Origin: Zootoca vivipara
Taxonomy: Eukaryota
Length of the DNA: 64,000 bases
Assembly: GCF_963506605.1 (NCBI RefSeq)
Contig: NC_083285.1
Span: 39,618,001-39,682,000, forward strand
Direction of reading: 5' to 3'
Positions within the stretch are counted from its first letter, which is position 1; each line of letters starts with the position of its first letter. This document shows, piece by piece, positions 25,401-38,767 of the stretch. Below the pieces are notes generated by a model. The model did not search any database. It worked only from the letters and a program-made list of their open reading frames with translations, and was not told the origin of the DNA. A program made the position numbers and the translations under genes.

Positions 25401-28400
25401 CCTTTAAAACCCTAAACGGCCTTGGCCCAGTATATCTGAAGGAGCGTCTCCACCCCCATCGTTCTGCCCGGACACTGAGGTCCAGCACCAAGGGCCTTCT
25501 GGCGGTTCCCTCACTGCGAGAAGCGAAGTTACAGGGAACGAGGCAGAGGGCCTTCTTGGTAGTGGTGCCCGCCCTGTGGAACATCCTCCTATCAGATGTC
25601 AAGGAACTAAACAACTATCTGACTCTTGGCAGACATCTGAAGGCAGCCCTGTTTAGGGAAGCTTTTAATGTTTGATGTTTTATTGTGTTTTTAATATTCT
25701 GCAGAAAGCTGCCCAGAGTGGCTGGGAAGACTCATCTAGATGGGTGGGGTATAAGTAATAAACATATTATATTATTATTATTACCATTGTATTTGAGGAT
25801 GGGGGCTGGGGTTCCATATTCTTCTGTAAACAGGCAGTTGTGCTTTGTGGAAAAGTTGGGGAAATCTTCTGACAGTTTCATACATTCTTCATGCTCTCCT
25901 GTATTTTTAAGAGATGTAAAACTAGATTTAGTTTTAGGGACACAGATCTATAAGGAGAAGAAAAGACACATTGTCAATTTTGAAGGAGGCCTAAAAGATG
26001 GTTGGCAAATAAATAGAAAGGAAAGCCATGTAAGACATTTCCATGTTTTGAGCATGGAAGAAATATTTGAAATAGCTGGTGTGCATATGCATTCTTGTGT
26101 ACGTGCTATTAAAAAGCTACTAGTTCCCAAGAAATACATTAGGATTGCTATTTAGAACTCCCCCCCCCTTCCCCCAAATCTCAGATTTATGTGAATGCTT
26201 TTTGGATATGACTGCTATGATACTTGGCATCCCACAGTTAAATATGGTTAATGAAACACTCCCCTAGCATGAATGATAAACAATGATCCCTGGCTTAGCA
26301 ATATATCTGAATCAGCAATTGTGGTTTTGTTCCAAGTCACAGTGTTAAACCAAGGTTTGTTCTTGGCATACCAACAGTGGCTTGTTTGGATGTAATGGTA
26401 AGCCAGAGATTGTATTTTGTTGATGGTGCCAAGGAAGGAATGAAGCAGAACCAGTCTGTATGTTTCAGGTAAACCATTAACTACGGTGTACAATGATGTT
26501 CAAATCTCGCCACTAAATAAATATTGTCAATGTTAACCTACTTTTTTGCTTTCTTGCTTTGTTTGGGAACAATTTTATATAAATTATCATCAGCTATGCT
26601 CATTTGTAGACACCTTGCTGTACATCTGTGGGTTTATAGAAGAAACCAGCCATCCAGAAATCAAAGTGGGCAGCTTGCAGGTGATGCAGGTATTCTGTAG
26701 TTACAGAAATACTAGTCCAAATACTCATTGATATTTCATAATGATCCCTCTTGGCTGTGAAGTCTGCAGGAGAGTATCGGAACCTGAACTGTTGATTCTC
26801 CTCTTCACCTCCCTACCCCATCGTATTGTAAGGGAAAGCCTTCACAGTAGCAAAACAAGCTGAACGTTGCTTTTTCTTGGTGGCTTCATGTTTGAACTAC
26901 TCAGGTCCACGAGGACAGGATGATGAAGCTTCCAGTACCAGTGAAGATGAGGGGTATCCCGAGGACATGGATCAGGACAAGCACGATGACACTACTGATG
27001 ACAGCGACAGTGACAGAAGCGATGCAGACAGCGAAGGGGATGAGTTCATGCATCACGATGACACGGCTGAAAGGGAGGGTGGTGAAGACAAGAAATTGGG
27101 TAAGCTTCTCAGGAAAATGGATTTGAAATAGTTATGCTTTCATAGTGTTTGAGTAGATGAGAGCAAGCATGAATGCTTTGCCAACATCTGAATTATTGTT
27201 CTAAGCTCTATTATAGGAGGCTTTCCAGCATTATTTTGTAATGCTGGTAGAGTGGTACAAGCAATCTCTTGAGTTCTATCTTTATAAACATACCGTTCTT
27301 GACTAGTCTGGTACGTATCCCACCTGATGTATATACTGGCTGCATCAAAGAGGGAGTTAATACAGCAAAGTCTGCTTGGCTCCTCCTCCTCTTAGAACTG
27401 TTTCCCTTAATGGCTGTTCCATCTGGTCATTGTAACAATTGCATAACTTGATGTAAGAATTTGTGGCGGAATCTGTTGTTTTGCTCTCCCCCCCCTTACC
27501 TTTTTTGGGGGGGACATTGGGGCACTTTATAAATAATAGCTAATAATAATGTTGGGTCATTTGGTTATTAGAAGAGATAAATGGCTTTGTACAGCATAAA
27601 ATCTAGCAGCTAATGTTCTCACCTGTAAGAGTCACTTGAAGCCTTGAAAATACATAGCTACTTAAATTTCTGAATTGCAGCATGGAAGAGCCTGGATTTT
27701 TAAAGCATTCCAGAAATTAAAACTGAGAGGAGGTGATTGATGATCTCCTAATCCTCCATCACTTTACTTCTGCAGGTCATAGTGTACGGTTTGCTGAGAT
27801 ACCTGGAAAATCACGCAAGAAGAAGAAGAAGAACATGAAAGAGCTCACGCCACTTCAGGCCATGATGCTGCGAATGGCTGGTAAGAAAGCCTGGATTTTT
27901 CTCAGCTTTATTCCCCCCCCCCCAACCTTTAGTTGCAAGCTATGGAAGTCTGTTCACCCAGAGAACTTAACTCACAAATAGTTTATTAAGCAAGGAATTG
28001 CTTTAACAATCTATCTAGAAAGTGCCTTATGAATAGAAGCTAGGATATGGGACCATTTAGCACATCAGCTGACTGATACAGCAGTGACTTTGAACTCATA
28101 ATTTGCATGTGTGGTTGTCTTCCAAATTCCTGAGGTCCCAACCCCTGATTAAATTAATATGAAGATGGAAGGCAGGGTCTGGTTTCAAGGATGCTTTCAT
28201 AGCTTTCTCAGACTGGTCATGGGGAGGCTGGTGTGTCGCTGTGATTTTCAGACACTCTGGGGTGAAGGAACCCAATAAGCGGCTCCCCACAAAATATTAA
28301 CATAGGACTATTGCAGAAGAGTGTTATATAGACTTTCAAACCTTAAAGATACACTGAGGAACCCCAAAGCCAATTCTATCTAGCTTTTCAAAACTTAGCC

Positions 28401-31026
28401 AGAAAATGAATTCCTTGACACCACAGGGCATCATTCCTTGGATGATGGTTAGGTGTGCCGTGGGTGGAGGAAGCACTGCGCAACCATTTCCATGCTTCAG
28501 ATGAAAGAAAGTGGGTGTAAGAAAAATTCTGAACCCTGCGCTCCTACTCTGGATTAGGTCCCATGTCACCTGCTGGAATTTATTTCCAATCTATGCCAGC
28601 CTGGGGCAGGGCTGCTAATCTTCCAACCCCATTCAACAGGAGGGATACAGGAATGAGGCAGTGGGCATGGAACATCCTGGAGGAAATTTGGGCCTTGCCA
28701 TAGCTGCCCTATGGAGATACTTGTAGCATTCAATATCAATTTCTTAATTTCTGATAGAATATTTTCCCTGGGCCTTCAAATAATTCTTTTCCGATGTCAG
28801 CCTGTGGTCTTTATTGGCTTTTTATGCCCCATAATCTGTTTTAAAGACTCAAGCCTGCATTATTTCTCTGCAGGCCAGGAAATTCCTGAGGGAGGCAAAG
28901 AGATAGAGGAATATTCTGAAGAGGAAGATGATGATGATGACGACGACTCAGAGGCTGAAGATACACCCCAGCAGCAAAGCACGGAAGAGGCCCATGCTGA
29001 GACGGCATCGTCGGCACCCTCTCAAGCATCCCAGCCACAGCAGCAGCCACCACCTCAGCCTGTTCCTCCAGCTCAGATGCAAGCGCCTCCCATGCCTGGG
29101 CCACCTCCTCTTGGGCCACCTCCTGCACCACCCTTGAGGCCTCCAGGGCCACCTACTGGCCTCCCTCCTGGTCCTCCTCCAGGTGAGCACCTGATGAAAT
29201 TTAAGAAATCCAGGCTTCTCTTTGCTTTGGGGTCCCAGTTTGGAAATCCCCATAACAGGCAGTTGTCTTACTCAGCTAGCATACTGGTGGAGGATTCCTA
29301 CTCCAACGTCACATGAATGTTGCACTCCAAACACTTGTCTTTCTCATCAGGCAGATACCCAGTTTTTGTTTAAGCAGTCTCTTGCAGCCTTGGCAACAAA
29401 AGGAGGGGGGAGGAAGCTACCCAGTGGATGGATGACTGCCTTTGGCACTTTGTAAATGATTTTACAATGTGATTCAGAAGGAAAAAGCAAAGTATTTTGA
29501 TAAAAAAAGTAGTCACCATTACCATGGGCTGCGTTGGAGTATTTTTGTAAAAAAGCAAGGTAGTTAAAAAACCTCTCTTATCTCTTTGGCACAAGAACAG
29601 GTAAATGGTATGAGGAATTGCCATGTTAACCCATAAACTAAACAGTCTTCGTGCAAATGCTTTTACAGGGGCTCCTCCGTTTCTTAGGCCACCTGGGTTG
29701 CCTGGACTGCGTGGCCCTTTACCACGACTGTTGCCACCTGGACCTCCCCCTGGCCGCCCACCTGGCCCTCCACCTGGTCCACCGCCAGGTCTACCTCCTG
29801 GCCCTCCCCCAAGAGGACCCCCACCTCGCCTACCACCTCCAGCCCCTCCAGGTAATACTAGTTTTACTCACAGAATCTTATTCATTGTTATGGATAAACA
29901 AAGGTCTTCTTGAATTAGTCTAGTGGCGTATGTTTTTATCTCAGGTATTTTTATTTAGTAAGAGTTAGGTAAAGGTACCCCTGACCATTAGGTCCAGTCG
30001 CAGACGACTCTAGGGTTGCAGTGCTCCCCTTGCTCTATAGGTCAAGGGAGCCGCCGTTTGTCTACAGACAGCTTCCGGGCCATGTGGCCAGCATGACTAA
30101 GCCGCATCTGGCGAACCAGAGCAGCACACGGAAACGCCGTTTACCTTCCCGCCGGAGTGGTACCTATTTATCTACTTGCACTTGATGTGCTTTTGAACTG
30201 CTAGGTGGGCAGGAGCTGGGACTGAACAACGGGAGCTCACCCCGTCGCGGGGATTCGAACCGGCGACCTGATCGGCAAGCCCTTGGCTCTGTGGTTTAGA
30301 CCACAGCTCCACCCGCTGCTATGTTATGTACTTCTTAATAAAAATGATAATTTCTAAGTGGTCAACTACAAGCTGTTGTTGAATCCTAAAATTAGAGGGT
30401 GATATTTTCTTGTCCTTTTTGTTCCAGCACAGTGAAACACTAGGTTTTATGAACCATTGGTATACCTTTTGGAATCTGATGATTTAAAATGGGCGTCCCA
30501 TGTAATTTTACAAATATAATTACCTTAAATTAAGGAACTTGAACTCAAGCTGGTATTGGTTACTTCTGAGCAAAGAGTAGCAGGCTAACTTTTATCTCTT
30601 CCTCCAGGCATCCCCCCTCCTCGTCCGGGCATGTTGCGCCCTCCTTTGGTGCCCCCACCTGGGTTATTCCCCCCAGCTCCCATTCCCAACCCTGGGGTGC
30701 TGAGTGCTCCCCCCAGCTTGATCCAGCGTCCCAAGGTGGATGACACCAGTGCAGCCACCATTGAGAAGAAAGCTACAGCAACCATCAGCGCCAAGCCACA
30801 GATCACCAACCCCAAGGCTGAGATCACCCGCTTCGTGCCCACAGCTTTGCGAGTTCGCCGAGAGAACAAAGGGACAGCTGCCACCACCCAGAGAAAACCT
30901 GATGATGAACCTTCTGTTCAGATAACCAAAGCAACTCCTAAGGCTGGCTCTTCTGCTCCCATTTCTGTGCAGACAAAGGATGATGTGTATGAAGCTTTCA
31001 TGAAGGAAATGGAGGGGCTACTGTGA
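19486..31026 (+). CDS. WBP11: WW domain-binding protein 11 (SIPP1/NpwBP splicing factor), 643 aa, 11 coding exons
   Basis: Exons 19486-19549, 21002-21033, 21773-21866, 22594-22790, 24065-24198, 24731-24930, 26905-27099, 27776-27880, 28874-29182, 29669-29851 and 30608-31026. All are GT-AG with consistent phase; 1932 nt in total. Starts MGRRSTSSTKSGKFMNPTDQARKEARKRELKK, contains PP1-docking RKVGF and HSVRF motifs and Pro-rich tracts, and ends DDVYEAFMKEMEGLL. AATAAA at 31572-31577. Confidence 0.97.
22831..23087. mobile_element. Non-autonomous hAT element in a WBP11 intron
   Basis: CAGGGCTAGGCAACCT...AGGTTGCTGACCCTTG TIRs and 8-bp TSD ATTTAAGG. Confidence 0.8.
23753..23888. mobile_element. 136-bp palindromic hAT MITE
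   Basis: CAGGCAT...ATGCCTG with 8-bp TSD GGTTATAC. Same family as the copies at 46620, 47140 and 47589. Confidence 0.85.
24990..25274. mobile_element. Tc1/mariner (Tigger-like) MITE
   Basis: TA|CAGTGGTGCCTCGC...GCGAGGCACCACTG|TA. Related copy at 59247-59524. Confidence 0.85.
25277..25783 (+). mobile_element. L2-clade LINE 3' fragment
   Basis: Peptide QNAAARLVTG..HITPVLKDLHWLPI..AQFKVLVLTFKTLNGLGPVYLKERL is typical of the L2 RT C-terminus. Ends in AATAAA plus an (ATT)n tail. Confidence 0.85.
29968..30317 (-). mobile_element. Sauria SINE in the last WBP11 intron
   Basis: Near-full-length homolog of the 12733 and 58819 copies. Confidence 0.85.
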
Positions 31027-32344
31027 CAATCTGTTTCCAGTTAACCTGTATATTCTCTGCGATTATGAGATCAGACTACTATTCTTAGGGGCAGAGGTTC
31101 CATGTTATAGTGGCATCCGGTTGAAGAGCTCCTTCATTTGTGACAATAGTCCCCCATCCCAGTTAACTTTTGATCACATTTGGGAGAACGACCACTGCAG
31201 AGAGTGGAAAAGGGGTGCAATTACTCTACTCACTTTTTAATGAAAGACTTGGTTGTGTCTGTGTGCTCATGGAAAATCCTGTTGTCTCATTTTTGTTAAG
31301 GGGAGGAATTACTTGAGGAACCAAAACACACTGTTAAAGCATTTCTTCCACATATACCTGATCAAGTTTTTATGTTTTGTTTTGGTGGCTTTCTGTAAAT
31401 ATTTTGTAATGCTGTTTTTAGCTGGGTGAGATAAATGGGTTTACACATTGTTGTAAGGTGGGCAGGTTACTGTTTGCATATGTGGCATGCAAACATTTTG
31501 CACCCTGTGTATCCTGCACTCACTACTGTGGCTTCTTGCTTACAGGAGCGATCATTGTCTTATTGAAATAGAATAAATATTTGATGTAATACACCACTGT
31601 CTGACTAGTTATCTGTACTGCTATTTTGGGTTTAGGAAGGAAAAGAAGTAGCCTGAGGACCTGACAAACGGCACCTATGGAAGGTAGCTAATGATGGTTT
31701 CGACTTAGAGAACTCTAGCAAATATCCCTAATATCTGAAGAACCCATAAAAGGGAGAAAAGCTGTTCATTCCATTTGGGAAACCTGATACAGTTGTATAT
31801 CTAAAAAGTATCTCTTGCCCCCATTAAAAATGAACCTGAAAGGAACCCAGGCTCCATTCATGGTAGATCACAGAGATGGCATATATAGACTGACCATTAA
31901 AGAACATTAATGAATGTAATATGAATATCTACTTTAACTGGCTATAGAAGTGTGTGTATAAGCATCACCTGATGAAATGAGCTGTGTGTAAAAGCTGAAG
32001 GGGGAATGTAACATTTGGTGTAACAAACCAGAAATGGATGTTGGGGAAAGTCAACAGGGAGGGGGGGGGAGGAAAATGAATGTTAAGTAATGATACTGAA
32101 TATTTGTTATGAGAAAATAAAATCAATAAAAATCATACAAAAAAATATAAAAGCTGAAGGGGGTGGAGAGATGGATGCACCAAGCCTCTTCCATAGACAA
32201 CTGGAGTGAAATCCTGTGTCTTCTCTTCTGTCCAGTATCAGTGCGAGAATGTTGAAACAGCACCTTAATCCAAGGCAAAATGCATTGTCATTCACAAATG
32301 TATGCCCACTGCTAGTACTATGCTTGCCCTAGAATTGCCATGGG

Positions 32345-32468
32345 TCATAGAATCATAGAGTTGGAAGAGACCACAAGGGTCATCCAGTCCAACCCCCTGC
32401 CAAGCAGGAAACGCCATCAAAGCATTCTTGACATACATGTCAAGCCTCTGCTTAAAGACCTCCAAAGG
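32345..32468 (-). mobile_element. CR1 LINE 3' end
   Basis: CATAGAATCATAGAGTTGGAAGAGACC...TCCAGTCCAACCCCCTGC is the reverse complement of the CR1 (ATTCTATG) tail. Confidence 0.75.
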
Positions 32469-32861
32469 TACTTGGTCCAAAGGGTACTTGGTCTGGTACT
32501 TGGGTATGTACCATCTAGAGGTAGACCACCTCACATCACAATAATTTTGAAATCCAAAATACCTACCGTAACTATGGCTTGTGTGGGGTTCAGGCATACA
32601 GGCCCCATGCCGTCTGACATCTCCGGTTATAAAAGGGTTTCAGGGCTGGCAGCCAATGACAGGTAGTCAGCTAGCTATGGATTTATTATACTGCAGAGAG
32701 CAGGTGTGTTTGCTATAAAATGAGGGGGGGGGGAAGCCATGTATACCACCTTAAACTCCCTGGAGGAAAGCGAAGCCTAAACGGCTCCAAAAGCAGAGCA
32801 TGTGTTTCCAAGGGATACCCCCCAAAATGTTGCAGGGCAGAGGAGGAACAGGGTAGGTGTA

Positions 32862-35118
32862 TCTTATATATATATAAATGTAAAAATCGTGAAACTGTGT
32901 ACACTTTTCTCCATAACCGCTTGACCGATCGTCCTGAAATTTTGACACAACGATCCAGGCCACTCCCTGAGCGTTGTTGGGGGCAAAAATCCCTCAAATC
33001 ACACACCTGGGCAGGTACAGACCTGGATTTCCACCAAGTCAAACAGCGCCCTCAAGTGGCGTTATACCCTCCTCCACCCCCTCCCTTCCTGTGAAATCTA
33101 AGCCACACCCACAAACCAAATGACACCATCAACCAAGCAACTGAAACCACCAAGTCGGCCATTATCACAGGGCGCAGCACGGCCTCTGTTTTATGTAGGC
33201 CCCTGACAGGCCCCCCCGGGGGGGGGGATAACCCACAGCAACGCACTTGGGGTTTTTACTTTACCATTTACCCAAGGGGTTTTTACCATTTAGCACCACT
33301 ACCCCCCCAAAAAACCCCACCAAAAAACCAACATTGCCAAGTGGAGGTCAGGGCCTGCCCGGGGGGGGGGGCACAGAACGCAGCACGGCCTTTGATTTAT
33401 GTAGGCCCCTGCATGGCAAGGGGTTTTTACTTCACAATTTAGCACCGCTACCCCCCCCCCCCCAAAAAATCCACAAGACAAAAATAAATACCATCCTTCA
33501 AAATGTCACGAGATATGCCGGTCATGGAGGGGGGGGGGTCAAACAGAATAGAAACAGAATAGATCATGGATCGGGACACGTGGGGGCAGTCACAGGGATT
33601 AGACACAACAACGTGTCACACCCACAAACCCCGCCTCCACCACGAGATCCTGTAAAACAGGAGGCCTTGCAACCACCAAAACAGCTATTCCACCCAAAGC
33701 CCAAAGCCTCTCCCGGCGGCTGCATTAAAAAACGCCTGGCAGCATTAGGCAGTCGTTCATCATTTCTCCTAACACGCACTTGGGGGCACAGCGAGGGGTT
33801 TTCGTTTTATAATTTAGTGGGCGTTGTGTCACATGCGAGGCTCCGACGGCCATTTTAAGTAAGGGCAGTCGTGCCCCTTTTAACCTAGGCTTTACCATGC
33901 TTCTCCAAAAATAAGACACCGTCTTATATTTATTATTCCTAAAATAACCCCACATTGGCTTATTTACAGGGGATGTCTTATTTTTTATTACGCGTCCAGC
34001 CTTGCCTCTTCCTTTGGGCCCTCCAGAACTGTGCCTATCACTATGTCTTATTTTTGGGGTATGGCTTATATTGCGCAAATGCTTAGAAATCCTGCTATGG
34101 CTTATTTTATGGGTATGTCTTATTTTAGGAGAAACAACTGATTGTAAGCCTCTGTGTCTTTTTTAAAAAAACAACAACAACCATGCACTTTCTCTCCCCA
34201 GATATTTGCAGTGGCCACCCCCCACCCCATTTACAATCCCCTACCTTCCCTTTGCTACTTCCTGGGTTTTTTATGGAACTGAACAACTCGGGTGCTTCAG
34301 AACGCGCCTTCTGTTGCCAGGCCCTTACAGTGCCCGGGCCAGGTAGATAATGTGGCCCTGTTTTTAATCCTTTTGTTACTTTTTTCATTTTAATGATTGT
34401 GAATATGCTGACCCAGGCGCCCTTCAGATTCGAAGGCCCGCGACAAGTGGCCCATATGACCCCCCTCCTTCTGTCTGGGCCTGTCTGTTGCTACGGGGCT
34501 TCACTATTTGACACCCCCCCCCCCGGGTTGGGATTCTTTAAGTAGTTCTCTGGGTCCCAGGGCACATCATCACCCCCGATGGAAATGTTCACGATGCATG
34601 TGCAGGGGCCAATGTAGATACAGGGGGGAGGGGACAACAGAGGGCTCAGACAAAAGTAAATACTGGGAAATGGAACCCAGAAACTGACAGCTCCTTCTCC
34701 AAGGCTGGTGGCCAATGTAGGAAGATACCGGGGGTAGGGGCCAACACTCCCCAGGGACAACAGAGGGTTCAGACAAAAGTGCATGCTGGGAAATAGAACC
34801 CAGAACCTAACACTTCCTTTTCGAAGGGTGGGGGCCAAGGTATGGAGATACAGGGGGAGGGGCCAACACTCCCCAGGGACAACAGAGGGAAGGGTATCCT
34901 ACCGAAACACAGGGATGAGCCAGGGTGGAGGGAGGAGGGGCACATAGCTGCCAAGTTTTCCCTTTTCTCGTGAGGAAGCCTATTCAGCATAAGGTAATTT
35001 CCCTTTAAAAAAGGGAGAACTTGGCAGTTATGGAGGGGCAGGATATGTCATGGATCGGGACAGGGTGGGTGGGGGATCACAGGAAAGAACCACAGCAACG
35101 CGTGGCCGGGTCAGCTAG
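32862..35118 (+). mobile_element. Composite ~2.26-kb non-autonomous Helitron with nested MITEs and internal tandem repeats
   Basis: A|TCTTATATAT 5' end homologous to the 7497 element; 3' hairpin CCACAGCAACGCGTGG (35090-35105) plus CTAG|T. Nested MITEs at ~33895-34135 and 34943-35032, and ~120-bp tandem units at 34620-34890. Confidence 0.68.
34943..35032. mobile_element. 90-bp hAT-type MITE
   Basis: TIRs CATAGCTGCCAAGTT...AACTTGGCAGTTATG and 8-bp TSD GAGGGGCA. Confidence 0.85.
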
Positions 35119-35588
35119 TGTGTAATATAAATACATTCGCTCTGGCATGAGTATTTTGGAAATCGGATGATTCACATGTTCGCCAGGAGGAAATATTTCT
35201 GCAGATCTAAAGAACAGGAAGATCCAAGTTTCGGCAGAGGATAGGAGCGTGGTCAATGGTTATGCATGACGGCAGAGTATAGCCAAAACAGCATCTGGGG
35301 CCCCCAGGTTCTCAACCCCCGTTTTAAGCTCCTACCAAATTAAAAACCGCAAGTGAAGCTCCAGGGCACCTTAAGGTAAGCCCTTCGCTCCTCGACCAGT
35401 CAAGACTTGGGTTGTGAACGTTCAAACTAGTTCCTTCCCGTTCCCAAAATGGCGCCTCATAAAGCAGAAACGGGGACACTTATGTATACAGGAAGTGATC
35501 TGAAATCCACCGCTCCCTCTCCCATCGCAGTGCAGAGGCACTTTGTACTAAATCACAAACTGGGGTACAGGGGAAGGAAAGAGAATCT

Positions 35589-35631
35589 CAAGCTCTTCTC
35601 AGGATGCGGTGTAGTGGCTCTGAAAAGAGCC
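35589..35631 (-). terminator. Histone 3' stem-loop and U7-binding downstream element of the left H3
   Basis: Minus-strand GGCTCTTTTCAGAGCC at 35616-35631, followed by GAGAAGAGCT. Confidence 0.95.
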
Positions 35632-35679
35632 TTTGGGTTGGTGAAGCGGGGTGGGTGGGTGAGTGAGAGAGAGCGGCGC

Positions 35680-36126
<447 letters not shown>

Positions 36127-36633
36127 CTAGCTCTCCAACTAAAACTCCGAATAAAGGAGCGAGGTGATCGCGACCCTTTATTTATAGTGCGCTCCTGTTT
36201 CTGTCTCCATTGGCTGACATCACTGGGGCAGATTTTCATTGGACAGCTTCTCCATTCGAAAACTCCCGCTTTGGTTTGTGTCACCTACGGACCGCCTCCT
36301 TAGCATCCCTATAGTTTTTTGTTTTTGCAATGGCGACTTTCCCCGGAATATTCACCCTCTAAAATCAAGCAGCTCTGCCTTCTGTGTTTAATGTTGTTCA
36401 ATACCAGCCGACTCTCTCTCACTGGAAGCTCCTTTGCTAAGCTCGCCTAGACGCCTAAATCTTTTATATAAGATCTTGTTTGAGAACGTTTTGGTCTGTC
36501 TCTTCATTTTTAACGTTTTTCAGCGATTAGTGATATTGACAGGAAAAGACAAACATTTACTGACAGTAAATTACTGTTTAGGGTTGAACCTCCCCTTCCC
36601 AATTTCTCATAGTTTACAATGCACTTTTCTTGA

Positions 36634-36673
<40 letters not shown>

Positions 36674-36683
36674 GTTATTATTA
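36634..36683. repeat. (ATT)n microsatellite
   Basis: Direct reading. Confidence 0.95.
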
Positions 36684-37500
36684 TCCCAAACTGCGTGAAC
36701 TTCAGCTGGTGAGGTTGGAGGCTTTAACATCCTTGGGTGTAAATTCCATTTAACTCAGAAGGAGCTATTTCCTTGTAGACGTGCACGCGACGGAGTTTTA
36801 AATCCCAGTAATTTCTATGTGAGAGCACTTCAAAGCCCAGGCGGGGAGGGCGGGGATCCCATCGATTCCAATTCAAATATACTTAGCTGTGGCCGCATCT
36901 AGGAAATAAGGCTCACATTAGTTAATGGGACTTGTTCCCAAGTTTGTTTAGAGATGCAGCCTTAACAAGGGAAATCATATTTTTCACAAACGGTCACCTG
37001 CGGAGTTGTGACTCACGAGAAGCATTTATATATATTTGGTTTTGACGCCAAGTAACGTCGAAATACACTCCTTTGACAGCAAGATGGCTTTTATCTCAGA
37101 ATGTGCTATAAGACTGAGGAGTAAACCTGCCCTTTTCACTTTGAGACTAAGGGTCACCTGGGGTCTAATCGTTGTTTTCCAGGGGTTTGCTCTGAAAAAA
37201 CATAAATAGATTTTAATTATTTATTCAAATCCCTACCGTATAACATTATTAAGGTATCTAAATCAGTCTGCATAAAATAGAGCTGCAGTGAAGTCCAACA
37301 GTCAGTCACATACCTTGTGGATTGTAATTTAAATTCTGCATTAAACTCTTGAATAGTGTTTATGTGTGATCATACACTATCAATATAGTATTGGCTTTGA
37401 ATGTACCTAAATAATACAATATTTAGCACCTTTTCTATAGCGCAGGCGAGCTGGTAAGGGCTTGGCTGATTAGCAATGGTGAATCTATTTTGTGTAGTCT

Positions 37501-37949
37501 TGTGTTACCTCCGTTTACTTGAAGTCCAACTGCAACGAGGAGACTAGCTTAAAAAACTCACACCACGTCCTGTGACAGACCTTACTGTCTGAAGATGTGA
37601 CCCGCACAGTTTTTCGGGTGTTTTGGGGGCTTACATTGCTTTAATTTACAAAGAAAAACAAAAGTTTCGCTCCTGGGAGGTCTCCCCAGCTCCTGCAGCC
37701 GAGACTTAAGAGCCCTTTTCCAAACGTTGCCTTTCCTTTTGCGCTTTCAAAAAAGCAATGAATGCGAAGCACCCTCCCCTCTTCGCCCCGGTTGATATAT
37801 TTGATTATTTGGTGGTCGGTATTGTGTAAAAATCGCACTTTATTAACTCGAAAGAAACACAAACTGGGCGCTCGGAAGAGTTCCTGTCTGCCTGGCAGAG
37901 GGGCGGGCCCTGCAGCGGACCAATCACGAGGCAGCTCCTCTCTATAAAT
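37501..37949 (+). promoter_or_regulatory. Histone H1 promoter: TG box, H1/AC box, GC box, CCAAT, TATA
   Basis: TGTGTTA at 37501-37507, AAACACA at 37855-37861, GGGCGGG at ~37900, CCAAT at 37920-37924 and TATAAAT at 37943-37949. Confidence 0.88.
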
Positions 37950-38035
37950 AAACAGCGGCTGACCTACTTGAGCTCACTTTTCTTCTGTCGGGAATTTTTT
38001 TTGTGTGTGTGTGTCGCTTCTCTTTCCTCGCCATC

Positions 38036-38695
38036 ATGTCCGAAACGGCACCCGCAGTTGCCGTCAGCGCTGCTGCTCCTGTCGTGGCCTCCAAGGCTCC
38101 GGCCAAGAAGGCGAAGAAGGCTAGCGGCGCCGCCAAAGCGCGCAAGGCTTCGGGCCCCAGCGTCACCGAGCTCATCACCAAGGCGGTGGCGGCGTCTAAG
38201 GAGCGCAAAGGGGTGTCTCTGGCGGCGCTGAAGAAGTCCTTGGCGGCCGGAGGCTACGACGTGGAGAAGAACAACAGCCGCATCAAGCTGGGCTTGAAGA
38301 GCCTGGTCAACAAAGGCACCCTGGTGCATACCAAGGGCATCGGCGCCTCGGGATCCTTCAAGATCGGCAAGAAGGCCGGCGAGGGCAAGGAGAAGGCGCC
38401 CAAGAAGAAGGCGGCAGCCGTCAAAGCCAAGAAGCCCGCCGCCAAGAAAGCCGCAGCTGGCGGCGTCAAGAAGCCCAAGAAAGCCGCGGCGGCCAAGAAG
38501 AGCCCCAAGAAGCCAAAGAAGCCCGCGGCCAAGAAGGCGACCAAGAGCCCCAAGAAAGCGGCCAAGCCTGTCAAGCCCAAGAGGGTCGCCAAGAGCCCGG
38601 CCAAAGCCAAGGCAGTGAAGCCCAAGACTGCCAAGCCCAAGGCAGCCAAGCCGAAAGCGGCCAAGGCTAAGAAGGCGGCGCCCAAGAAGAAGTAG
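38036..38695 (+). CDS. H1: Linker histone H1 (replication-dependent somatic type), 219 aa
   Basis: True start MSETAPA at ATG 38036 (the ORF track starts earlier at a TTG). Globular domain [28 protein letters not shown]...GASGSFK and a Lys/Ala/Pro-rich tail with SPKK motifs. Confidence 0.98.
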   Translation: MSETAPAVAVSAAAPVVASKAPAKKAKKASGAAKARKASGPSVTELITKAVAASKERKGVSLAALKKSLAAGGYDVEKNNSRIKLGLKSLVNKGTLVHTKGIGASGSFKIGKKAGEGKEKAPKKKAAAVKAKKPAAKKAAAGGVKKPKKAAAAKKSPKKPKKPAAKKATKSPKKAAKPVKPKRVAKSPAKAKAVKPKTAKPKAAKPKAAKAKKAAPKKK

Positions 38696-38727
38696 ACTTG
38701 GCCCGCGCGCTGCTAAAAAACCCCAAC

Positions 38728-38767
38728 GGCTCTTTTAAGAGCCACCCACCTCCTCCTAAAAAGAGCT
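38728..38767 (+). terminator. Histone stem-loop and HDE of H1
   Basis: GGCTCTTTTAAGAGCC at 38728-38743 and AAAAAGAGCT at 38758-38767. Confidence 0.95.

Noticed and set aside
33247-33858. 203-aa ORF
   Set aside because: Lies in the low-complexity interior of the Helitron-like element, starts at TTG, and has no Rep/helicase or other motifs.
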